The notes beneath the pieces were generated by a model that was not told the DNA's origin, ran no database searches, and saw only the letters and a list, made by a program, of their open reading frames with translations. Below, in pieces: positions 34,450-44,322 of a stretch of DNA of 64,000 nucleotides (the stretch's first letter is position 1; each line of letters opens with the position of its first letter). The stretch is from Patescibacteria group bacterium (GTDB lineage: Bacteria; Patescibacteriota; Minisyncoccia; UBA6257; 2-01-FULL-56-20), in contig JANLHI010000031.1 of assembly GCA_024654525.1 (NCBI GenBank), forward strand, positions 18,774-82,773. The letters are read 5' to 3'. The position numbers and the translations under genes are program-made.

Positions 34450-36348
34450 ATGAATAACATTAGAAATTTTGTAATTATTGCCCATATTGACTCTGGGAAG
34501 TCGACTCTTGCAGATCGACTTCTTGAAACTACAGGGACGGTTGCTATGCGGACCATGCGCCCTCAATATCTCGACCAGCTCGATCTTGAGAGGGAGCGGG
34601 GAATCACGATTAAAATGGCGCCTGTGCGAATGAATTATCGGCTGGGAATATTGAATAAGAAATCTGGAATAGAGAATAGTGTTATAGAGGGTTCCTCGTC
34701 ACATGCCACATTTGACATGCCCCATTCTTCAAATTCAGAATATATTCTCAATTTAATCGATACTCCCGGGCATTCCGATTTTTCATACGAAGTGTCGCGT
34801 GCGCTTGAGGCGGTGGAGGGGGCGGTATTGCTTGTGGATGGAACAAAAGGAATTCAAGCACAGACCCTTGCAAATCTCCGCGCCGCACGGCGATCAAAGC
34901 TTACTATCATTGGTGCAGTCAATAAAATAGATGTTGCATCCGTTGCGGTGGAATCGGTAGTATCGTCCGTTGCGGAATTGCTTGGCGTGGCGCATGAGGA
35001 CATATTAAAGATTTCCGCAAAAACCGGAGAAGGGGTGGAAGAACTTCTCCAAAAAGTGACCACGCATATTCCTCCGCCGCGAACAGACGTCCATCTTGGT
35101 GGGATTGGTGTGTCTCGCGCGCTTATTTTTGATTCTTTTTATGACGATCATAAAGGAGTGGTGGCGTTCGTTCGCGTATTCGGAGGCGCATTGCGTGCGG
35201 GAGAGGAGATTACGTGTGCTGCAACACATGGCAAAATACGTATAAAGGAAGTGGGTCGTTTTGCTCCGAAACTTACACCTTGCGAGATTCTTGAAGAGGG
35301 AGAAATAGGATATGTTGCCACAGGATTGAAAGAGCCAACGCTTGTGAAAATAGGGGATACTATCATCGGGTCTCAAAGTGCCGACGGTACGCGCCGGACA
35401 GTCGATGCCAAGAGTCTTGCGTTACCGGGATACCGCGAACCGCAGCCGGTAGTATTTATTTCTTTCTACCCTGATGGAGACTCAAAGTTCGAAGATTTAG
35501 AGAGAGCGCTCGCACGTTTGAAGCTGAATGACGCAGCTCTTTACTTTGAACCGGATTCCAACGAAGCGCTTGGGCGCGGTTTCAAAGTGGGATTTTTGGG
35601 ACAGCTCCACTTTGAAATTGCGGCGAGCCGTCTTACCAGAGAATTTAATTTGTCGTTTCTCACCAGCTTTCCGTCTATAGCGTACAAGGTAAAGGAGGGT
35701 TTGACGACGCGCATTATCACGCAACCTCAAGATTTTCCTTTAAAGCCGGATAAGGTCTGGGAGCCGGTAATTAAACTGGAAATTGTGATGCCTCCCGCAT
35801 ATCTCAATCAAGTGCTTGGATTACAACATGTATTCGAGTTTTCCGTGGATGAGATACAAAATCTCGGAGTGCATCTTGCGTTGACGGCTCACATGCCATT
35901 GCGGGAATTAATACGGGACTTTGATGATCGTCTCAAGTCCGCTTCGGCAGGGTTTGCATCTTTCAGTTACGAGCTTGCAGGAGAAGTGGAGAGTGATGTT
36001 GAGAAGCTGGAGATTCTTCTTGCGGGGGAAATGATTCCTGCGCTTACTCGTATAGTGATCAGGGCAAGCGCCGAGCATGAAGCACGTCAAACCGTGGAGC
36101 GGTTGAAAAATGTATTGCCACAACAACAGTTTACTCAAGCGATTCAAGCGCGTGTCGAAGGAAGGATTCTTGCGCGCGAGACGGTTCCTGCCATGAAGAA
36201 GAGTCTTGGTAATTTTGGGAAGAATGGAGGAGATAGAACAAGAAAAATGAAACTTTGGAAGAAGCAACAGGAAGGAAAGAAGAAGTTGCTTAGTATGGCG
36301 CGGGTGAATCTTTCCCCCGAAGTGTTTCGGGAAATACTTAAAAAATAG
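34450..36348 (+). CDS. lepA: Elongation factor 4 with an in-frame insertion
   Basis: AHIDSGKSTLAD, ERGITIK, DTPGH, GGDRTRKMKL. Confidence 0.96.
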   Translation: MNNIRNFVIIAHIDSGKSTLADRLLETTGTVAMRTMRPQYLDQLDLERERGITIKMAPVRMNYRLGILNKKSGIENSVIEGSSSHATFDMPHSSNSEYILNLIDTPGHSDFSYEVSRALEAVEGAVLLVDGTKGIQAQTLANLRAARRSKLTIIGAVNKIDVASVAVESVVSSVAELLGVAHEDILKISAKTGEGVEELLQKVTTHIPPPRTDVHLGGIGVSRALIFDSFYDDHKGVVAFVRVFGGALRAGEEITCAATHGKIRIKEVGRFAPKLTPCEILEEGEIGYVATGLKEPTLVKIGDTIIGSQSADGTRRTVDAKSLALPGYREPQPVVFISFYPDGDSKFEDLERALARLKLNDAALYFEPDSNEALGRGFKVGFLGQLHFEIAASRLTREFNLSFLTSFPSIAYKVKEGLTTRIITQPQDFPLKPDKVWEPVIKLEIVMPPAYLNQVLGLQHVFEFSVDEIQNLGVHLALTAHMPLRELIRDFDDRLKSASAGFASFSYELAGEVESDVEKLEILLAGEMIPALTRIVIRASAEHEARQTVERLKNVLPQQQFTQAIQARVEGRILARETVPAMKKSLGNFGKNGGDRTRKMKLWKKQQEGKKKLLSMARVNLSPEVFREILKK

Positions 36349-36435
36349 TCAACATTCTATGGATTATGACGGAATTCTTGGCTAATCCGGTCTGTGTAAT
36401 TAGTTATCAGTTACAAGTTGTTGTAAGCTTTATAC

Positions 36436-36732
36436 ATGCGTATTGCGGCAATTTTTGCGTTGGGGCTTGTTATCGTGGTGATTGGGGTTGAGTCTTATCA
36501 ATTTTTCCAAGAGGGGAATGTGCTTCAACGGGATTTTTTAAAGCAACGCGAAATGGTGGAGCGTACCACGCGTGAAACTGTTTCACTTCAATCGAATCTT
36601 GATTACTTTGCAAAACCGGAAAATTTGGAAAAAGAAATTCGTGCGCGATTCAACTATCGCGATGCGGATGAAAAAATGTATATTATTGTTCCACCACATA
36701 CTGTATCTTCGTCCGTTGAAACACCCGAATAA
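36436..36732 (+). CDS. Septum formation initiator (FtsB/DivIC-like)
   Basis: TM, coiled coil, LEKEIRARFNY...E. Confidence 0.7.
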   Translation: MRIAAIFALGLVIVVIGVESYQFFQEGNVLQRDFLKQREMVERTTRETVSLQSNLDYFAKPENLEKEIRARFNYRDADEKMYIIVPPHTVSSSVETPE

Positions 36733-36740
36733 TTATCGGT

Positions 36741-37307
36741 ATGAAGCAATATTTATTTTTTCTTATAATTGTGGGAGTAGTAGGGCTCATCGCTATTGTG
36801 ATACGTGGAGGTTACTATCCTATTGCGTTGGTGGGGAATACGGTACTTTTTGCGAAGGAATTTAAGACGCATTATCGTGTTGCCGAGACATATTACCGTA
36901 ATGCGGCTGCATCGTACGGAGTAACGAGCACGGTGCCGTTTGCGCAGCTGGAGCGGATGGCGATGGCATCCCTCATTGAAGGGGCGCTTATTCACACCGA
37001 AATACAAGAGGAAATTGAAAACAATGTCGATGTGTTAGTGAAGGATCGTATTGATAAATTCATGTCCGATACCGAATTGTTACAAGCGGCAAAAGTGCTC
37101 TATGGCACATCTGCCGAAGAGCTTCGCGATGTAATTCTTGTGCCACAGGCGGAACGCGAAATTCTTACGGGAAATCTGTTTTTGCGTGGAGAACGTTTGG
37201 ATGATTGGCTTGTGTCGGCGAAGAAAGAAAAGCGCATTGTTATTTTTGTTGGAGGATTTGGTGATGTCGAAATTCACGAAGAAGGTGCGGGTGTTCCGGT
37301 GCAATAA
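36741..37307 (+). CDS. SurA/PrsA N-terminal-domain-like protein
   Basis: TM then PIALVG, helical body, W...AKK..RI terminus. Confidence 0.6.
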   Translation: MKQYLFFLIIVGVVGLIAIVIRGGYYPIALVGNTVLFAKEFKTHYRVAETYYRNAAASYGVTSTVPFAQLERMAMASLIEGALIHTEIQEEIENNVDVLVKDRIDKFMSDTELLQAAKVLYGTSAEELRDVILVPQAEREILTGNLFLRGERLDDWLVSAKKEKRIVIFVGGFGDVEIHEEGAGVPVQ

Positions 37308-37372
37308 CGCGAGATATTTGAGAATTTTAGTCTTTGTGGTATCAAAAAAGGAAGGGGTTTTATATTTATAGT

Positions 37373-38047
37373 ATGACGCGAGAGGATTTGATTGCAGAAC
37401 TTATTGAACAAGGGTGTCTCCATACACCGGCACTTATCCGTGCGTTTCAAAACGTCGATAGGGGTGATTTTGTGCCTGATTACTTGCAGAAAGAAGCATA
37501 TGAAAATTATCCTTTACCGATAGGGCTTGGACAGACGATGTCACAACCGCTCACCGTGGCGTTTATGTTCGAGCTTTTGATGCCGCAGATTGGAAATACT
37601 ATTCTTGAGATAGGAGCGGGGTCTGGTTGGCAAACCACACTACTGGGATATGTAGTGAGCGAAGGTACCCCCCCTGATTTATTGCAACATGTTCCTAATA
37701 TCATTGCGGTGGAACGTCTTTCGGAAATTAAAAAAATGGCGGAGAGAAATATAGCAAAATACGGCATGATAGAACGGGGAATCGTAAAGATTGCGCTTGG
37801 AGACGGATCCAAGGGGAACGCATCACACGTGTCTTACGATCGAATTATTTCCGCCGCATCGGCACATAGAGTTCCCGTTGCATGGAAAGAACAATTGCGT
37901 ATTGGTGGGCGTATTGTGGCGCCGGTTGACGATACTATCGAAGTGCATGAGAAGATTACCTCGAGCGACTTTAATATTCGAATTTATCACGGATTTAGTT
38001 TTGTGCCGCTTGTGGAAGATGACGGAGGAGATGGGTATAGCGGTTAA
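37373..38047 (+). CDS. pcm: Protein-L-isoaspartate O-methyltransferase
   Basis: GQTMSQP, LEIGAGSGW, YDRII, FVPLV. Confidence 0.93.
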   Translation: MTREDLIAELIEQGCLHTPALIRAFQNVDRGDFVPDYLQKEAYENYPLPIGLGQTMSQPLTVAFMFELLMPQIGNTILEIGAGSGWQTTLLGYVVSEGTPPDLLQHVPNIIAVERLSEIKKMAERNIAKYGMIERGIVKIALGDGSKGNASHVSYDRIISAASAHRVPVAWKEQLRIGGRIVAPVDDTIEVHEKITSSDFNIRIYHGFSFVPLVEDDGGDGYSG

Positions 38048-38056
38048 GCTTTTTTG

Positions 38057-38127
38057 AGCGGGATAAGGGAATCGAACCCTCGTTTCAACCTTGGGAAGGT
38101 CGTGTACTGCCACTGTACTAATCCCGC
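38057..38127 (-). tRNA. tRNA-Gly(CCC)
   Basis: Cloverleaf gcgggat...; anticodon loop ttCCCaa; T loop ggttcgattcc; CCA not encoded. Confidence 0.95.
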
Positions 38128-38164
38128 TTTCGTTGCGCACCTTTCTATTTGCAGAACATTATGG

Positions 38165-38193
38165 ATTGTACCTAGTGTGGGAGCGGTCTTCAA
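38165..38193 (-). promoter_or_regulatory. sigma70-like promoter for tRNA-Gly
   Basis: TTGAAG-17nt-TACAAT on the minus strand. Confidence 0.55.
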
Positions 38194-38313
38194 GGAGGCG
38201 AGTATTATAGTAATACCTTACCCTCGCAATAAAGATATTATCGGGCTGGAGCTGACATACTATTTGATAATCTCATCCTATAAGATACGCGATTGTTGAG
38301 CGTCTTGGTTTTT

Positions 38314-39084
38314 CTATTTCGTTTTTCTTGCAAGTGACAATATAAAAAATACTGCCGCAACCATTACTATCGTGGGGCCGGTTGAGAGGGAGTATATGGA
38401 AGCGACGGCAAAACCAATTCCTACCGAGAGTACCGCGATAAGCATAGAAAGAGAAAGAAACATTCCAAGTGTATGTGAAAATTGACGTGCGGCGGATGCG
38501 GGGATGATAATGAGTGATCCTGCAAGAAGCGCGCCAAGAAATCGTAGTCCCAAAAGAACCGTGAGCGCGAAGACAAGGAGAAACACGAGGTGGAGTATTC
38601 TTGTATTTATTTTTGTGGCGACTGCGAGGTCTTCCGAGAAGAGTCCGATGATAAGTTTATGGCGGAGTATCAAAAGCGTTGCGATAACAAACATGCTTGC
38701 AACGATTCCGAATGTGAATTCTCCGTACGAGAGTATTCCGAATCCTCCGAAAAGCGCATCAATCAACTCCTCATTCGAATTGATAAGAAGTGCTCCAAGT
38801 GCCACAGAGCTTGAGAATATAACTCCAATTGCGGCTTCCGACGACAACGATGTTTTCTTTTCAAGTTGCCAAATGATTATTGTCCCGATGAGAAGAGTTG
38901 TTGCGCCTCCTACAAGGGGATTTATATTCCAGATAAGTGCCAGGCCAAGTCCCGGGATTGCGATGTGAGAGATTACATCTCCCGCAAGCACGGTTCGTTT
39001 CATAAGTGCAAAAGATCCCACAAGCCCTGCTGCGGCAGCGGCGAAGATGGCAAGCGTTATCGCATAGAAAGAAGGAGGTATCAT
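38314..39084 (-). CDS. Zn/Mn ABC transporter permease
   Basis: GDVISH, LFG, GALLAGSLIIIPA. Confidence 0.9.
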   Translation of the reverse strand: MIPPSFYAITLAIFAAAAAGLVGSFALMKRTVLAGDVISHIAIPGLGLALIWNINPLVGGATTLLIGTIIIWQLEKKTSLSSEAAIGVIFSSSVALGALLINSNEELIDALFGGFGILSYGEFTFGIVASMFVIATLLILRHKLIIGLFSEDLAVATKINTRILHLVFLLVFALTVLLGLRFLGALLAGSLIIIPASAARQFSHTLGMFLSLSMLIAVLSVGIGFAVASIYSLSTGPTIVMVAAVFFILSLARKTK

Positions 39085-39794
39085 GAATGGTGAGTATGAT
39101 CGTGAAGATGGTGGAAATATTTATGCGGTCCGCCGTAGAGTGTTTCAAGCATATGTATATCAAGTGCTTCTTTCGGGGTTCCGAAACAGACATTTACTTT
39201 ATTAAGGCAGAGTACTTTTGTGGCATGGCGGTATACGAAACTTAAATCATGAGAAATGACAATCGCAGTAAGACGATACTCGTCTTGTAGTCGGTGAAGA
39301 AGTTCGTAAATTTGTTCTTCTCCGGGTTTGTCGATGCTTGCCGTGGGTTCATCGAAAAGAAGAATAGTGGGCTTCCCCAAGAGTGCAAACGCGATGAGTG
39401 CTCTTTGGAATTCTCCTCCCGATAAATGTCCTACGGGAATTTGTGCAATCCGAGTAGTAAGTCCTACGCTATGCAGTGCATGTAAAATATCAGAATCAGG
39501 AAATTTTAATATTTTCGCTTTCGCACGAAGAAGATTAATGGTGGAAATGGGGAGGTGTCGATCCGCTTCTATTTTTTGTGGCACATAGCCGATTCTTGCT
39601 GAAGGATTCCATTCAATTTTCCCCGTTGAGGGAAGCATGCCAAGGAGCGTGCGCAAGAGTACGGTTTTTCCCGAGCCGTTTGGTCCGATGATGACAAGTG
39701 TTTCGCCCTCTTCTATCCCGAAGCTGACATTGGAGAGCGCATGGTGTCCACCAAGAGCTACCGAAAGATTTTGCACGTCGAGTACGAGGGGCAT
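39081..39794 (-). CDS. Zn/Mn ABC transporter ATPase
   Basis: GPNGSGKT, IGYVPQ, LSGGE, DEPT, His-rich C-terminus. Confidence 0.92.
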   Translation of the reverse strand: MPLVLDVQNLSVALGGHHALSNVSFGIEEGETLVIIGPNGSGKTVLLRTLLGMLPSTGKIEWNPSARIGYVPQKIEADRHLPISTINLLRAKAKILKFPDSDILHALHSVGLTTRIAQIPVGHLSGGEFQRALIAFALLGKPTILLFDEPTASIDKPGEEQIYELLHRLQDEYRLTAIVISHDLSFVYRHATKVLCLNKVNVCFGTPKEALDIHMLETLYGGPHKYFHHLHDHTHHS

Positions 39795-39916
39795 ATGCCG
39801 CATTTTACCTTTATTTTTATGCCTTATACAATAGCAACCTTCCCAATTCCTTGGTTGCCATTTTTCTGTTATCTGGCATAGAATGGGAGTACTTATGGGC
39901 GAAGCGCACTACTAAA

Positions 39917-41695
39917 ATGAGTTCTACACCTGTCGAGTTAATTAAAGAAAAGCTTGATATCGTCGAGTTTCTCAAGGGATACCTCCAACTCCAACCCGCA
40001 GGGAAGAATTTCAAGGCACGATGCCCGTTTCACAAGGAAAAAACTCCTTCGTTTATGGTGTCTCCCGATCGGCAATCGTGGCATTGTTTCGGATGTGCAT
40101 TAGGGGGTGATGCATTCTCGTTTATTATGCGCTATGAGAATGTGGAGTTTGGCGAAGCGTTGCGTGTGCTTGCGGAAAAAGCAGGAGTCGAGTTGAAGCG
40201 TGTGAATCCTTCAGAATATAAAATGACAGGTTCTCTTTATGATATTAATGCGCACGCGCGTGATTTTTATCGTACACAACTTGCCGCAACAGAGGTTGCG
40301 CGAAAATATCTTGAGGAGCGCGGGCTTTTACCGGAGACTGTCGAAGCGTTTGAGATAGGATGGGCTCCTCTTGGTCCCGAGGCGCTTACCCTTCACCTTA
40401 TCAATGTGGGGCGTTACAGTCCCGATGAAATCATTCAGGCGGGGCTTGCAATGAGAACCGAGCGCGGACTTGTCATAGACCGTTTTCGCGGGCGGATAAT
40501 GTTCCCGATTCACAATCATTTCGGGAAAGTGGCTGGTTTTACGGGGAGAGTGTTGCCTCGCCCCGAGTCTTCCGTGGGGACGGATATGGCGTCTTCGAGT
40601 GGTGCGGAAATTGCAAAATATGTGAATACGCCGGAGACGCCGGTATTTCAAAAATCAAAATTATTGTATGGATTTTGGCGCGCGAAAAATGCGATTCGCG
40701 AAGTGAAAAGTGTATTTATTGTTGAGGGACAGATGGATTGTATTATGAGTGCGCAGGCGGGAATCCCGAATGTAGTGGCAAGTTCGGGAACGGCGTTTAC
40801 CGGTGATCATTTAAAAACGTTGCGCCGTGTGGCGGATGAGATTGTATTTTCTTTTGACAATGATGATGCGGGTCTTGCCGCGGGTGAGCGTGCGATAGAC
40901 TTGGCGCAAGCTGAAGATTTTCATGTGAAAGTGGCGATGCTGAAGGGAGTAAAAGATCCGGCGGAGTTCGCGGTCGCCGACCCCGAAGGGCTGAAGAGTG
41001 CGGTGGTGAACGCAACACCCGCGCCATTGTTTTACTTTGAAAAATATTTAGGCGGCATAAGTGACATTGCCTCGCCGGAGCAGGATTTCGCGCAGGCGGG
41101 TTTTTCAACCCGCGAAGGGCTCTCGCGGCTCCGTTCGGTGCTTGGGAAAATCCGCGCGATTACGAGTCCCGTGCTTCGTGATTTTTGGTTTAAAGAACTT
41201 TCACGCCGTACGGCGTTGGGCGAAGCGGTGCTTCGCGAAGAAGCGGATCGTAGTGGTGGGGATGCGGTGCTTTCCAAAGAGACTTCCTCCGTAACTGCGG
41301 AAGTCGCGGTAGTACGGCGGACCCGCAGCGATTTGTTGAGTGAAAAAATTCTTTCGTATAGTGTTGCGTGCGCGGATTTTTCGCTTGCGGAAACATGCAG
41401 TGCGTATTTTTCTCCGCTTTATCGTCGCGCATTCGAACTTCTTCGTGAGGGGAAAAAATCAAGTGATGATCCTGAAATGGATGGAGTGTTTAATACGGTT
41501 TTTCTTCGCGAAGACGTGTTGAGTGATGAAGATGCTCGTATGGTAAAAGCAGAAATCATAAAAGAGTATTCGCGCAAAAGAAAAGACGAACTTGTAAAGG
41601 CGGTGCGTTTTTCGGAAGCCAAAGGAGATGAGAAAGCGACGGAAGCGGCGCTTAATGAATTGCGTGAGATTTCGCGGAATGCGGAAGAGGTGTGA
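39917..41695 (+). CDS. dnaG: DNA primase
   Basis: CPFHKEKTPSF zinc finger, DRFRGRIMFPI, KYVNTPET, VEGQMD, FDND. Confidence 0.97.
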   Translation: MSSTPVELIKEKLDIVEFLKGYLQLQPAGKNFKARCPFHKEKTPSFMVSPDRQSWHCFGCALGGDAFSFIMRYENVEFGEALRVLAEKAGVELKRVNPSEYKMTGSLYDINAHARDFYRTQLAATEVARKYLEERGLLPETVEAFEIGWAPLGPEALTLHLINVGRYSPDEIIQAGLAMRTERGLVIDRFRGRIMFPIHNHFGKVAGFTGRVLPRPESSVGTDMASSSGAEIAKYVNTPETPVFQKSKLLYGFWRAKNAIREVKSVFIVEGQMDCIMSAQAGIPNVVASSGTAFTGDHLKTLRRVADEIVFSFDNDDAGLAAGERAIDLAQAEDFHVKVAMLKGVKDPAEFAVADPEGLKSAVVNATPAPLFYFEKYLGGISDIASPEQDFAQAGFSTREGLSRLRSVLGKIRAITSPVLRDFWFKELSRRTALGEAVLREEADRSGGDAVLSKETSSVTAEVAVVRRTRSDLLSEKILSYSVACADFSLAETCSAYFSPLYRRAFELLREGKKSSDDPEMDGVFNTVFLREDVLSDEDARMVKAEIIKEYSRKRKDELVKAVRFSEAKGDEKATEAALNELREISRNAEEV

Positions 41696-41802
41696 TATGG
41701 ATGTCTTCTTTGTAAAACGACGTATTCGTGGCGGATATCGCGCAAGAGTTGATTTTTTTCTTTAAAAAACGCATACTGTTCTCATATTTCAGCTCTTGTC
41801 TT

Positions 41803-43098
41803 ATGGCATTAAAAAAGAAAAAGAAGAAAGGGATAAAGCGTGCGCCCAAAAAGCGTACGGTAGAAAAGCGGGGTACTGCGAAAAAGAATAAAAACAAGAA
41901 TAAGAATAAGAATAAGAAGGCAAAACATCCGGTGGCAATGCATCGGGAGAAACTTTCTTTGGCGGCACGTGCGAAGAGAAAGGCGGTTCGCGCAAAAGAG
42001 AAAGACGAGAAACAGCGAAAATTGAATGAGCAGACATTACAAGATCTTGTGGATCGCGGGCGTCCGAGGGGATTTGTGACTGATAACGAAATTCTCTACC
42101 ACTTTCCGAACATAGAAGGAAATGTAACGTTTCTTGAAGAAATCTATGACCGACTCGAGAAGGCTGGTGTAAAAGTGGTGGAAACGGGTGGGCTCATTGA
42201 TGCCGCGAAAGGCGAGGTGACTAAAGAAGAGCTTGAGAAGGCTACGAGTTTTGAGGGGGAAGTGCCGGATGCGGTGCAGATGTATTTAAAAGAAATCGGA
42301 AAAACTCCTTTACTTACGAAAGATGAAGAGCGCGAACTTGCAAAGCGTGTCGAGCGGGGGGATGAGGAAGCACGCCAGCGACTTATGAAAGCGAATCTTC
42401 GACTGGTGGTTTCGATTGCGAAGCGGTACATCAACCGTACCCCACATCTTTCGATTCTTGACTTGGTGCAAGAGGGGAACATTGGTTTGTCACGCGCGGT
42501 AGAGAAATTCGATTACCGTAAAGGATTTAAGTTTTCAACATATGCCACATGGTGGATTCGGCAGGCGATTACGCGTGCGCTTGCGGATCAATCCCGCACG
42601 GTACGTATTCCCGTGCATATGGTGGAGACAATTTCAAAATATACCCAGATGCGCCGTCAGTTGATTCAGGAATTGGGACGTGAACCGCTTGCGGAGGAGA
42701 TTGCCGCAGAGATGAGTATGGACGTCGAGAAGATTCGACATATTCAAAAAATTTCGCAGGAGGTGCTTTCGATTGAAACACCTATCGGTGATGAAGAGGA
42801 TTCAACGCTTTCCGATTTTATTCCTGATGACAAAAATCCGACCCCCGCCCAGCTCACTGCGCGTGCACTGCTTCGCGATCTTATTAAGGATATTCTTGTG
42901 GATCTCACCGAACGCGAACAGAAAATTTTAAAAATGCGATTTGGACTCGAAGACGGAGTTACTCACACGCTTGAAGAAGTGGGGAAAGCATTCGGTGTTA
43001 CCCGCGAGCGCATCCGGCAAATCGAGGCGAAGGCGCTTGAAAAAATCCGCGATCACGACAAAGCGAAGGCACTCGAAGGGTTTAAGGATATTACGTAA
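41803..43098 (+). CDS. rpoD: Primary sigma factor with Lys-rich N-terminal extension
   Basis: [38 protein letters not shown]. Confidence 0.97.
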   Translation: MALKKKKKKGIKRAPKKRTVEKRGTAKKNKNKNKNKNKKAKHPVAMHREKLSLAARAKRKAVRAKEKDEKQRKLNEQTLQDLVDRGRPRGFVTDNEILYHFPNIEGNVTFLEEIYDRLEKAGVKVVETGGLIDAAKGEVTKEELEKATSFEGEVPDAVQMYLKEIGKTPLLTKDEERELAKRVERGDEEARQRLMKANLRLVVSIAKRYINRTPHLSILDLVQEGNIGLSRAVEKFDYRKGFKFSTYATWWIRQAITRALADQSRTVRIPVHMVETISKYTQMRRQLIQELGREPLAEEIAAEMSMDVEKIRHIQKISQEVLSIETPIGDEEDSTLSDFIPDDKNPTPAQLTARALLRDLIKDILVDLTEREQKILKMRFGLEDGVTHTLEEVGKAFGVTRERIRQIEAKALEKIRDHDKAKALEGFKDIT

Positions 43099-43134
43099 TA
43101 GTTTATAAGTTTTGAAGTGAAAAGTTCATAAACT

Positions 43135-43172
43135 ACAACATTCCAACATTCTCCAGAATGTTGGAATGTTGT
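43135..43172. repeat. Perfect REP-like palindrome
   Basis: acaacattccaacattct-cc-agaatgttggaatgttgt, 18-bp arms. Confidence 0.88.
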
Positions 43173-43302
43173 TAACGTGCAAGAACTCAAATATGCGCGG
43201 TGGCTTGCATTTTATCCTTTTTATGCTATAAATTACCCACTCGAAAAATTACCAAAAAACAACCGTCAAGTCGCTGCTCATATCAGATTAGGAAAGAAAT
43301 AT

Positions 43303-43839
43303 ATGGACCCGATTCTTTGGTTTCTCGAAACTATTCTCCGAGGTTTCACCAAGGCCAGGCTTGAGAAAGAGGAAGCAGCTTTTATTCAAGACAACATACA
43401 GAAGCACCGTATTGCGCTTTGGATAAACGTCACGGCAATGGTTTTTATCTTTCTCGGTTTACTGCACACAAAAACGGACGCGATTGGGACAGTTGTGAGT
43501 TCGCTTATTGCACCGGTGATGGTTTTGGGTGGTGCCTGGTTCTCAGTAAGTTTTGGGGGCGTACCCAAAAAACTCATTAGTGTTGCCATGTCGACGACAT
43601 TGTGGATGTTTGCAGCATTTGTTGTTTCGTTCTCAACCATGCTTGTCGCGGTGGCGTTTGTCACTTCGCCCTACCTCTGGCCAGTGCTCGCGTTTGTGTA
43701 TTTGGCTGTGCTCGTAGGGTGTATCCAATATGACACCGCCGACGGGCTCAAGGCGGGGTTGGACGAAACAATGTTGCGTCACTCGAGAGCCGCCCTTCAG
43801 TACTATCACAAAGAGGGAATCGAACCGGAAGAGAAATGA
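43303..43839 (+). CDS. Hypothetical membrane protein
   Basis: About four TM helices. Confidence 0.75.
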   Translation: MDPILWFLETILRGFTKARLEKEEAAFIQDNIQKHRIALWINVTAMVFIFLGLLHTKTDAIGTVVSSLIAPVMVLGGAWFSVSFGGVPKKLISVAMSTTLWMFAAFVVSFSTMLVAVAFVTSPYLWPVLAFVYLAVLVGCIQYDTADGLKAGLDETMLRHSRAALQYYHKEGIEPEEK

Positions 43840-43915
43840 GAGTTTGAAACATTCATCGGCGCCGCTTTCACGAGTGGCGCCTTTGATTTTTTTGGGGTGC
43901 GTGTAGTATAAAAAC

Positions 43916-44191
43916 ATGGTGAAAATCAGTAAAAAACAAATTGTGGAAATCAACCGCTTGCGCGGGCTTTTCCCGAAGTCCATTCGCGTGAGAGTGGAGC
44001 GTTCGGCGGACGGCGGATTTTGTGCGGAGGTAAAAACATTCCCTGGCTGTGTTACCGAAGCGAACACATTCTCCGAACTTATTGAGATGGTAAATGACGC
44101 GGTGCGGACGTACTTTGAAGTGCCCGAACGGTTGGTGTCATATATGCCGATATATCCTCTTCGCGCTATTCCAATGTCCTTGAGAGCATGA
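43916..44191 (+). CDS. HicB-like protein without a hicA partner
   Basis: DGGFCAEVKTFPGCVTEANTFSELIEMVNDAV partial RNase H fold pattern. Confidence 0.75.
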   Translation: MVKISKKQIVEINRLRGLFPKSIRVRVERSADGGFCAEVKTFPGCVTEANTFSELIEMVNDAVRTYFEVPERLVSYMPIYPLRAIPMSLRA

Positions 44192-44322
44192 GAATAAAAA
44201 CGAGGTACTAATTTGTTGGTTTTGGCTGTCTCGATGTAAATAGACAGCCGCTTTTTATTTTGGTTTTTGCGTGTTAAATTTGCTGTACGTAGTTATTTGC
44301 GTTATTCGCGATTACTCCATAT

